Assembly (NCBI GenBank): GCA_037441365.1
Contig: JBBISG010000001.1
Location: 18,961 to 82,960 of the forward strand
Length of the DNA stretch: 64,000 nt
Source of the DNA: Nitrospirota bacterium
Lineage (GTDB): Bacteria > Nitrospirota > Thermodesulfovibrionia > Thermodesulfovibrionales > UBA9159
Reading direction: 5' to 3'
The position numbers and the translations under genes were made by a program. The notes under the pieces were generated by a model, which was not told the origin of the DNA, did not search any database, and saw nothing but the letters and a program-made list of their open reading frames with translations. Shown here in pieces: positions 56,445 to 64,000 of this stretch; positions within the stretch are counted from its first letter, which is position 1, and each line of letters begins with the position of its first letter.

Positions 56445-59438
56445 TTAATCTGTCAAACCTATCTTTTCTTTATCCAGTTCCCTGGAGTATATCTCGACCC
56501 TGTCCCCGCCTCTTTTAATCGCCTGGGCAAGGGCACTTTCACAGCACAGGATAAAATCCTCTGTGGTCTGGCCGTCAAGGAATGTAAGCCCCACGCTGGC
56601 AGTTATCTTTCCCTTGGGCTGGCTGTCTCCGTGAACAAAGGGATAATTCCTTATTATGGCATTAAACCGATTGCCGAGAGAGAGGGCTGCCGAAAGGACT
56701 GTATTCGGGAGAATTATGGCAAAGGAATCTCCCCCATACCGCACAACAACATCAGAACCCCTTATGTTCTTTCTCAAAAGCTCTGCAATCTTCCTCAGGA
56801 CATTATCTCCCTGCTGTTGTCCGTAGTCCTTTATATATTGACCGAAAGAGTCCACATCAAGGATCATGAGGTTAAGAGGCTGCTTGTATCTCACTGCCCT
56901 TTCAATCTCCTGGGCCAATCTGATCTGAAAATACCTGTGGCTGAAGAGGCCTGTCAGCTCATCCACGAGACCTGCCCTCTTGGGGTAAAGGACCTCGATC
57001 TCCATTATGTGGTCGATGAGCTCGTTTATATCAAATCTGTGCTTCTTTATTACCCGCTCTATCTCCCCCACAAGGCTGATCCTATCCTCTACTGATATGT
57101 CCTTTTCTGTAAGGATGAATATAGGAATGTTCCTTGTTGGGGGATTCTCCTTCAGCTCCCTCACCGCTTCAAAGCCGAGCATATCAGGGAGTTCAAAGTC
57201 GAGAAGTATCACATCAGGCCTCAATGCTGTAGCAAGCTCAACCCCTCTCTTGCCCTCCATTGCCGAGTATACAAGGAATTCCTGGGGGTTGAGGTATTCC
57301 TTCAGGTAATTCCCATCTCCGCCTGATTCTATTATCAGCACGGTAGTCGGATATCTTCTCCCCGATGCCATGCCAAGCCCATGGAGTTTATCCAGAAGGG
57401 CATCCCTGTCGAGGGGTTTCAGAAGATAGTCTGTTGCACCAAGGGCAAAGGCAAGATCCTTATTGTCGATGATGGAATGTATGAGGACAGGGATGCTGGA
57501 TGTTACCTCATCACCCTTCAGTGACTGCAGCACCTCCCACCCATCCTTTTTAGGAAGCATTATATCGAGCAATATGGCAAACGGCCTCAATTTCCTTGCC
57601 TTTTCTACGGCCTCTTCGCCATCAAAGGCATGTGCAACCTTGTAGCCTGCCTGGGTGAGGTGGATGGTAAGGAGTTCAGCGCTTGAGGGGTCATCCTCTA
57701 CAACGAGTATCAATGGTGCTTTCTCCTTAGTCCACGGGTAGTTCAGGCTGACGGCCTCGAGCCCTTCTACCTGTTCCCCCATTGCCTGCAATGTAAGGGG
57801 GATGTAGAAAGTAAATTTGCTCCCTTCGCCGAGTTTACTCTCCAGCGTAATCCGTCCACCGTGCAGTTCGACAAGCCTTTTTGACAGGGCAAGGCCGAGG
57901 CCTGCACCGCCATACTGCCTCGAAAATGCAGTGTCTGCCTGCTCAAATTCATCGAATATCCTTTCTCTATCCTCAGAGCTTATACCTATCCCTGTATCCC
58001 ATACAGAGAATCTCAGAAATTCATGGCCTTCTGAATCGCCTCTCCCCATTTCCTTTTCGACGGTGACGCCAACCTCACCACCCTCGGGAGTAAATTTTAT
58101 TGCATTCGACAGGAGATTATAAAGCACCTGCTTGAGCTTGACCCTGTCTGCTGTTATGGAATCGGCATCATCGCTTATGAGAAGATTGAGGTCGATGGAT
58201 TTCCTGTCGGCCATCGGCTTCATTATGCTGAATACCTCGGAGACGACATCCTCCACACGGAAGCTCTCATAGCACATATCGTATTTGCCTGCCTCTATCT
58301 TTGCTATGTCAAGGACATTGTTTATGATCTCGAGGAGGTGCTTGCCCGATGAGTTGATGTTCTTGACATATCTCTCCTGATTCTCCGTGAGATCTCCGAA
58401 GGTCTTTTCCATGAGGACATTGGAAAAACCTATGATAGAGTTAAGGGGTGTCCTCAGTTCATGGCTCATATTTGCTATAAATCTGGACTTGAGCTGGCCT
58501 GCACGCTCAAGCTCTCTATTTGCCCTTTCGAGTTCAGCGGTCCTTTCCATTACCCTTACCTCTAACCTCTCACTAATATCAGAAAGCTCGACCTCCCTCT
58601 CCTTAAGCCTTTTGCTGAGTCTCAGTCTGCTAAGGGCAAGACCTACGATCTCTGCCAGGATGGCGATGGCCTGCCTCTGCCTCTCTGAAAACTGCCTTGG
58701 CTTAAAGTCATCAAGATAGATCATCCCGCAGACAAGGCCGTCAAGAAAAAGGGGAGATATGAGAATCGCCCTTATCCCTTCATCTATAAGTGCAGGATTG
58801 TTTATATAATCCACCTTCAGCACATCATTTATCACGACCATCTCTTTTTTGCTGAGAACCATATCCGTTAAGCCGCCCTGCATTACCTTCCAGCGCCTGT
58901 TCTCTGTAAATCTCTTGCCGAGTCCCTTTGATGCAATAAGGTGCATCTCATCCCCCTCTACCATCGCTATGCTGCCTGCAGGTGAATCACTCATCTCAAG
59001 GGCCATTGAGAGGATAAACTCCATAAGCTCATTGAGATTATCTGTCCTGTAAACATACTCTGCAATTGCGAGGAGCCTTTTTCTATCCTCTGATGTTTTG
59101 TAGAGCTCGATCATCGCTTTCTTATATCTCTCCATGGCCCTCCAGAGGAGCCTTGCAGCCTTTGCATCGATAACATCTATCCTGCTAAAGAGGGTCCTCA
59201 TGGTTTCGCTAAGTTTTGCATCACCTGTAAGATTGATAATGACCTCTGGTCTGACTGCGGTGGCAAGGATATTGATGTCTTCAAAGACAGGAATGCCCCA
59301 TTTCTGCGCAAGGAGCGCCCCGGGGGCCTCCGGGTCTCTTTCATAAATCCCGACAACCTCTACCTCAGGGTCTCCCCTGAGCATCGAGATCATGGTGCTG
59401 CCGGCAATGTTGCCTCCGGCTATTGCGAGTTTAGCCAT
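56445..59438 (-). CDS. Multidomain hybrid sensor: Rossmann-like N-terminus, GAF, HisKA/HATPase, two REC domains, degenerate GGDEF (GGDSF)
   Basis: 997 aa. H-box MSHELRTPLN, GGAGLGLALS, two REC domains with acceptor Asp (ILLDIMLP, ILLDFELP), C-terminal RYGGDSFAIIL. Confidence 0.85.
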   Translation of the reverse strand: MAKLAIAGGNIAGSTMISMLRGDPEVEVVGIYERDPEAPGALLAQKWGIPVFEDINILATAVRPEVIINLTGDAKLSETMRTLFSRIDVIDAKAARLLWRAMERYKKAMIELYKTSEDRKRLLAIAEYVYRTDNLNELMEFILSMALEMSDSPAGSIAMVEGDEMHLIASKGLGKRFTENRRWKVMQGGLTDMVLSKKEMVVINDVLKVDYINNPALIDEGIRAILISPLFLDGLVCGMIYLDDFKPRQFSERQRQAIAILAEIVGLALSRLRLSKRLKEREVELSDISERLEVRVMERTAELERANRELERAGQLKSRFIANMSHELRTPLNSIIGFSNVLMEKTFGDLTENQERYVKNINSSGKHLLEIINNVLDIAKIEAGKYDMCYESFRVEDVVSEVFSIMKPMADRKSIDLNLLISDDADSITADRVKLKQVLYNLLSNAIKFTPEGGEVGVTVEKEMGRGDSEGHEFLRFSVWDTGIGISSEDRERIFDEFEQADTAFSRQYGGAGLGLALSKRLVELHGGRITLESKLGEGSKFTFYIPLTLQAMGEQVEGLEAVSLNYPWTKEKAPLILVVEDDPSSAELLTIHLTQAGYKVAHAFDGEEAVEKARKLRPFAILLDIMLPKKDGWEVLQSLKGDEVTSSIPVLIHSIIDNKDLAFALGATDYLLKPLDRDALLDKLHGLGMASGRRYPTTVLIIESGGDGNYLKEYLNPQEFLVYSAMEGKRGVELATALRPDVILLDFELPDMLGFEAVRELKENPPTRNIPIFILTEKDISVEDRISLVGEIERVIKKHRFDINELIDHIMEIEVLYPKRAGLVDELTGLFSHRYFQIRLAQEIERAVRYKQPLNLMILDVDSFGQYIKDYGQQQGDNVLRKIAELLRKNIRGSDVVVRYGGDSFAIILPNTVLSAALSLGNRFNAIIRNYPFVHGDSQPKGKITASVGLTFLDGQTTEDFILCCESALAQAIKRGGDRVEIYSRELDKEKIGLTD

Positions 59439-60430
59439 CCCATTATCCTCTCTGCCTCCGTCCTGGTTATCATATCGATAAAGTACTCAACAAGGTTCGG
59501 GTCCCATTGTCCGCTATACCTTTCGTGTCTGAATATCTCTATGACCGCATCGACTGACCGGCCCTTTCTGTAGGGTCGTTTTGAGACCATGGCATCGAAG
59601 GAGTCAGCGATGGAGAGTATCCTCGCATTAAGAGGTATATCCTCTCCTGAGAGGCCGTCAGGGAAACCACTGCCATCCCACCTCTCGTGATGACTCCTTA
59701 TCGCAGGCAGCGCCCATTTCAGGGAGACGAGGGGCCTGCATATCTCCTCTCCAATTATAGTATGCCGTTTTACAGTCTCAAACTCTTCATCTGTGAGACT
59801 GCCCCCTTTGCAGAGGATCTCCGAACTCAATCCTAACTTACCTATGTCGTGAAGTATACCTGCCTTTTTCATCTGTTCCTGCTCTTTTCTGCCGAGGCCG
59901 AGGAATGAAGCAAAGGACATGGAGACCTCACCAACCCTCGTTGAATGCCCCCTGGTATAGGGGTCTCTCGACTCCATCGCTACAGCAAGGGTGAGTATGA
60001 TATTTTCTGAATGCTCAAGCTCATCGTAAAGGGCCTTTAACCTCAGGAGGGACCTTACCTTTGTAATCAGTTCCGTTGCATCAAAAGGTTTGCTTATAAA
60101 GTCATCAGCCCCGCACTCAAGACCTGTTATCCTGCTCTGTCTATCTGTGAGGGCAGTAAGGAGGATGACGGGGAAAAACTGCCTTCCATTGGAGTTCTTT
60201 AATCGCCTGCAGAGCTCATAACCATCCATGCCGGGCATCATTACATCGAGTATCGCAATGTCTATCCTACTGGATTCGAAGATGTTGAGTGCTGAGTAGG
60301 CATCTGGAGCGGTGAATACATCAAAGCCGGCCCCCGCAAATACTGTTTCGAGTAATTCGAGATTGGACAGCATGTCATCCACCAGAAGGACAGACGGCTT
60401 CTCAGTACTTAAACCCTCGAGATGGATCAT
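59420..60430 (-). CDS. Response regulator with HD-GYP phosphodiesterase domain
   Basis: 336 aa. REC (AILDVMMPGMDG), then HDIGK and HHERWDGSGFPDG. Confidence 0.88.
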   Translation of the reverse strand: MIHLEGLSTEKPSVLLVDDMLSNLELLETVFAGAGFDVFTAPDAYSALNIFESSRIDIAILDVMMPGMDGYELCRRLKNSNGRQFFPVILLTALTDRQSRITGLECGADDFISKPFDATELITKVRSLLRLKALYDELEHSENIILTLAVAMESRDPYTRGHSTRVGEVSMSFASFLGLGRKEQEQMKKAGILHDIGKLGLSSEILCKGGSLTDEEFETVKRHTIIGEEICRPLVSLKWALPAIRSHHERWDGSGFPDGLSGEDIPLNARILSIADSFDAMVSKRPYRKGRSVDAVIEIFRHERYSGQWDPNLVEYFIDMITRTEAERIMGWLNSQ

Positions 60431-60519
60431 AATAAATTAAAGCATCCTCTTAAATGTTTGTCAAGATTTTTCTTTAATATTTTATGCTTATACTAAAAAC
60501 CTAACTTAGAACTTAACAT

Positions 60520-60735
60520 TTAAAGCAGGCGCAACCCTGCATAATAGCAGCAGCACTCATTATCGAGGTCGTTGATAAATGCCCTCTCTATCCCATCCTC
60601 GAATAGAACCCTGACAAGACAGAATCCACCAGCAAGGCTTGAGTGGCTTTCTTCAACCACCCTTCCATTACCCCAGGAGTGATACCTTATATGTTTGACC
60701 CTATCGCCAACCCTCAGATACAGTTTAGGTCCCAT
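60520..60735 (-). CDS. Small hypothetical protein
   Basis: 71 aa. GDRVKH...WGNGRVV resembles a small SH3/Tudor-like motif. Weak call. Confidence 0.35.
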   Translation of the reverse strand: MGPKLYLRVGDRVKHIRYHSWGNGRVVEESHSSLAGGFCLVRVLFEDGIERAFINDLDNECCCYYAGLRLL

Positions 60736-60802
60736 GATTAATTATAACCCAATCCCATTAGCCACAAGATCACCGGGTCCATGAAAGGACTCAGCCTCAG
60801 TC

Positions 60803-61666
60803 TTATCTTATATATGTCCCATAGAGGGAGTATACAAAATGGCCTGTAATGGTAATGGCGTCCTTCCCCCACTCATCTGGAAGGGGCCAGAAGGGCTCTG
60901 CTTCCTTCAGGGCCTTCATGGCTGCCTCATCAAGGCTCCTGTGACCAGATGTCCTTACAAGCTCTGTATCGCCGAGCATCCCATTCTTATTTATCGTGAA
61001 CCTTATATAAAGGTCGCCATAGATGCCTCTCGATGCTGCTTCATTAGGGTATTTCCATATCCCCTCTATCCTCTCCTTCAGTCGCATCATATAGGTATAA
61101 TATTTAAGCTCTTTTGTCTCAAATGTGATGCCATTGTCCCTTCTAACATCCTCCCTTTTTGCAAATCTCTCAACAATTTCTCTATCAAACAGTTTCTCCC
61201 TTAGCGGCATCGGGGCATTCGTCACGCCCTGCCTTTTCTGCGACTCGATCGCCGGAGGGCCTCCCTTAACCTCCTGACGGGCCTCGACGCCCCTATCCCC
61301 TGCACTTAAATCCCCTGTGCCGGATTCTGGGGTCGGTGCAGTGAGGGGGTTAAGTGGAGGGGTAGAGGGCCTGATCTGAGGCAATGACCCTTCAGGACCA
61401 TAATCCCCAGAAGTCGGAGACTTCTGAGGGAAGTAGTGTCTTTGACCCTTTTTGGAGACCTCCTTTGGGATAGCCGTAGGGCGAGAAGACTCCTTTATCT
61501 CATCAGGCGATACAAGACGGGTTATAAAGGGCGTGTCGCTTTCTTTTTTCTGCACAGGGGTCAGAAGGATTAACAATCCTACCAGCAGGTGGATTGCCAG
61601 CGAGACTGCTACAGGCAATGTCCATCGGGGGTATCTATATTCTTCCAGTATATAGCCTTTTATCAT
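60803..61666 (-). CDS. TonB-family energy transducer
   Basis: 287 aa. N-terminal TM, Pro-rich spacer, TonB C-terminal domain (YP..A...G..G.V.V.F.I...G). Confidence 0.8.
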   Translation of the reverse strand: MIKGYILEEYRYPRWTLPVAVSLAIHLLVGLLILLTPVQKKESDTPFITRLVSPDEIKESSRPTAIPKEVSKKGQRHYFPQKSPTSGDYGPEGSLPQIRPSTPPLNPLTAPTPESGTGDLSAGDRGVEARQEVKGGPPAIESQKRQGVTNAPMPLREKLFDREIVERFAKREDVRRDNGITFETKELKYYTYMMRLKERIEGIWKYPNEAASRGIYGDLYIRFTINKNGMLGDTELVRTSGHRSLDEAAMKALKEAEPFWPLPDEWGKDAITITGHFVYSLYGTYIR

Positions 61667-61881
61667 CCCATTACTCTATTTGCTCCGGAAATATCTTCTA
61701 CGGACTTAGAAAACCCCACCTATCGATAGGCGGGACATTCCTGTCCCGCCTAATTTTCATTCCCCTTTATGCCGACCTGTCGGCATGAGGGTTCCACCTT
61801 AAAATCTCTCCTACCCCTCTTTTCCAAAGTCCTTGTTACCCCTTAACAAAGGGTGATAAGGGGAATTTTCACTTCTTCGGC

Positions 61882-63039
61882 CTATCCGCCATTCAGACTG
61901 TCTGTTGTCTGAAAGATGTAACCCCTGAAGATATTTATATACGACAGAAGGCTCCCCTTTCCCTGGTCCTTTCTGAGCCATAGCTTCATGGACACCTCCT
62001 GGACCTCAGGTCTCTTGTGTAACTGAACGAGTCTTTCTGCCCGGGAATCGTCCTTCAGAAAGAACGCCCAGAGCCTCTTCATCAATGAGAATCGTGCATG
62101 AAACCTCTTCTCCCAGAGCCTTCTATACTCACCTATTCTTTTGCTGATTATTGCCATAGCAGCCAGCTCTCCTGACTTCATAGCATAGTATATGCCCTCA
62201 TAGCTCAATGGCATTACCTGACCTGCTGCATCACCAGCAAAGAGAACCCTGCCGAGATTGTATATATCCCCCTGCCAGAGGGGTATCCTGTATCCCCTCA
62301 CAGAACCGCATCGGGGTCCCCAGAAAGTCTCTGACTTTTGGGGGTGCCCGCCTGTCCCGAGTCCCCTCTTTTCCAAAAACCTCTGATAGAGGGCCTTTAT
62401 TCTATGGTGGTCGAGGGAACCTGTTCCAACAGAGATGCCCTCTTTCTGGGGGAAGACCCATGAATAAAACCCGGGCGCATGTGATGAACCAAACCAGAAT
62501 TCACAAAAATCTGTATCCTCTTTTATCCTACCAGATATGGTAAGAAAGGATGGGACAGGTCTGATATTGAGTGCAGCCCTTACCCTCGAGTTAATGCCGT
62601 CAGCAGCAATCACATAGTCAGCCTGAACATTGATAGTCTTACCTCTTGCCATTAGCTCTGCAGTCACAGTCTTACCGACATCTATGAAGCGCCTGAATTC
62701 AGCATTGAGAACCATTGCACCAGCCTTTTCTGCCTCTGCTCTGAGGACAGAGTCAAAGTCACCTCTTTCTACAATAGCGATGAAGCCGCCAGTGAGTTTT
62801 ATATAAAGCGTATCGCCTTTTGGGGATACAACCTTTATAGTGTCAACGCGCCTCCTGATAGGATATTCGGGTATCCCGAGTTCGTGAAATGAGGTGGAAG
62901 GGATGCCTCCACCGCAGGGTTTGATAAAGGAGGGATTTCTTTCTATAAGAAGGGTGTCTATACCGCCCTGAGCAAGGAACCTTGCAGCAGATGAACCGGC
63001 AGGTCCGCCACCGATGACTAATGCCTGAGCCCTGAGCAT
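61882..63039 (-). CDS. Geranylgeranyl-reductase-family FAD-dependent oxidoreductase
   Basis: 385 aa with GGGPAGSSAA dinucleotide motif. Contains PE copy 12 in frame. The C-terminal tail is encoded by an 18-mer also found at 41017. Confidence 0.8.
   Translation of the reverse strand: MLRAQALVIGGGPAGSSAARFLAQGGIDTLLIERNPSFIKPCGGGIPSTSFHELGIPEYPIRRRVDTIKVVSPKGDTLYIKLTGGFIAIVERGDFDSVLRAEAEKAGAMVLNAEFRRFIDVGKTVTAELMARGKTINVQADYVIAADGINSRVRAALNIRPVPSFLTISGRIKEDTDFCEFWFGSSHAPGFYSWVFPQKEGISVGTGSLDHHRIKALYQRFLEKRGLGTGGHPQKSETFWGPRCGSVRGYRIPLWQGDIYNLGRVLFAGDAAGQVMPLSYEGIYYAMKSGELAAMAIISKRIGEYRRLWEKRFHARFSLMKRLWAFFLKDDSRAERLVQLHKRPEVQEVSMKLWLRKDQGKGSLLSYINIFRGYIFQTTDSLNGG
61894..61911 (+). repeat. 18-mer cagactgtctgttgtctg (copy B)
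   Basis: Exact match to 41017-41034. Overlaps the last codons of the FAD oxidoreductase gene. Confidence 0.9.
62312..62349 (+). repeat. PE copy 12, inside the FAD oxidoreductase gene
   Basis: cggggtccccagaaagtctctgacttttgggggtgccc, read on the minus strand as HPQKSETFWGPR. Confidence 0.85.
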
Positions 63040-63056
63040 GGCTTAAGGGAGATATT

Positions 63057-63569
63057 TCACGGATTTAAGAATCCTGGAGGGAAAGGGCAATGGATCTTTG
63101 CGCGCTTTGAGACACTTCCATTGAGAAAATAGGCAGAGATCTTGAAAAAGAAATCCCCGACAGACCCTGAGATTGTGCCATCCCTATTTTCACCCCATCC
63201 AATGGTCTTTTCATTGTTATTGATGGCGACTATGAGGTAAACATGCCCATCTTTCATCCCTGCGATGTCTTCTTCGCTTGGGACAGGGAGGCCCTTGGTC
63301 AGGCCAAACTGCGTGTGTGAATGAAAGTCGCCTATGATCTGAAGCCTGTCGAACCTCTCGAGGATAGGTTCTATCTTCTTGTGGTTCTTTTCATGGACAA
63401 TGACAGCCTTGTGCCTTCTGTTTGCCGTCTGGAAGCTGAAGGCATGCTCAACGATGAACCTGTCTTCAAGCCTGTAGCCGAGCAGAAAACCGAGACACTC
63501 CCTCTTGTAGACCTCAGCAGAGCTGAGGAGTATATCGATAAAGGCATTCTCAGAAACATATACCCTCAC
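63057..63569 (-). CDS. JAMM/MPN+ metalloprotease-domain protein
   Basis: 170 aa. E (ECLGFLLG) and HSHTQ...S.ED JAMM-like motif. Confidence 0.7.
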   Translation of the reverse strand: MRVYVSENAFIDILLSSAEVYKRECLGFLLGYRLEDRFIVEHAFSFQTANRRHKAVIVHEKNHKKIEPILERFDRLQIIGDFHSHTQFGLTKGLPVPSEEDIAGMKDGHVYLIVAINNNEKTIGWGENRDGTISGSVGDFFFKISAYFLNGSVSKRAKIHCPFPPGFLNP

Positions 63570-63575
63570 GCCTGG

Positions 63576-64000
63576 TCATCTCCTCTTAAACGGATGTCCC
63601 ACGGTCAATACAGGGCATCTGGAATCCCTGACCACCCTCTCAGCGGTGCTACCGAAGATAACCCTGTCAATGCCCTTTCTACTATGGGTTCCCATGACAA
63701 TCATGTCTATGTTGTTCGCCTCAGCGAATTTCAGTATCTCTTCATGGGGGACTCCCCTTAATACCCTGTATTCGATGTCCCTGTATCCCCTGAGCTCTTC
63801 GATGCAGCACCTTTCGAGTTCTTTCATGGCGTTGGCCTCCATCTCCTTATACATCTCGTCTATGTTGATGTGAGGGACATACCAGCCTGTAGCCCGCACA
63901 ATATCATACAGTACATGGATTATATAGAGTTTTGCTCCGTAATGCCGTGTGAGATCTGCCACATACGGAATAGCGTTTGCAGAACCCTCTGAAAAATCTG
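63576..64000 (-). CDS. Universal stress protein (UspA family), 5' end outside the window
   Basis: ...VMGTHSRKGIDRVIFGSTAERVVRDSRCPVLTV. The reading frame stays open to the window edge (..DFSEGSANAIPY precedes the track's GTG start). Confidence 0.8.
   Translation of the reverse strand, partial: DFSEGSANAIPYVADLTRHYGAKLYIIHVLYDIVRATGWYVPHINIDEMYKEMEANAMKELERCCIEELRGYRDIEYRVLRGVPHEEILKFAEANNIDMIVMGTHSRKGIDRVIFGSTAERVVRDSRCPVLTVGHPFKRR

Noticed and set aside
56400-57095. 231-aa + strand ORF
   Set aside because: It is antisense to the GGDEF-like end of the 997-aa hybrid sensor. No RBS or recognisable domain.

Overview
64-kb chromosomal window from a diderm bacterium (LptD, LptE and TonB are present, and groESL has a perfect CIRCE operator). 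The protein sequences suggest an anaerobic Nitrospirota- or Deltaproteobacteria-like lineage, but that is only an impression. I can support about 68 protein genes and 2 tRNAs, tRNA-Pro and tRNA-Sec. Most genes are housekeeping: groESL, folC, lptD, nfo, lepA-lepB, ribE-ribBA, rpsT, the conserved leuS-lptE-holA block, gatA, queD, hpt, ilvC, cimA-like, ask, thrC, moeA, pepA and hps-phi. Three things stand out. (1) An AT-richer block at about 43.1-56.4 kb encodes a Tat-exported, His-motif beta-propeller that looks like the copper-cluster domain of NosZ or thiocyanate dehydrogenase but has no CuA domain. It is followed by three MacB/FtsX-type permeases and two ATPases, three related anchored or secreted proteins of unknown function, a YtkA/FixH-like candidate metallochaperone and a Cys-rich 'two-CW'-like protein, with a convergent sigma-54 two-component system. 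I consider this the best candidate for an undescribed enzyme-plus-maturation or export system. (2) A 25-78 nt palindromic repeat family (core CCCCAAAAA...TTTTTGGGG) occurs 12 times. Several copies sit in frame inside essential genes (folC twice, leuS, an FAD reductase), analogous to Rickettsia palindromic elements, and the family includes a nested/truncated series. (3) Intergenic spacers carry recurrent short-period 'word' repeats that share exact 12-18-mers between distant loci. A ThrC-like / MoaD-like (C-terminal GG-R) / NIL / alternative homoserine kinase cluster suggests protein-thiocarboxylate-dependent sulfur amino-acid synthesis. All calls come from reading the ORF translations and the DNA by eye; no database search was run.
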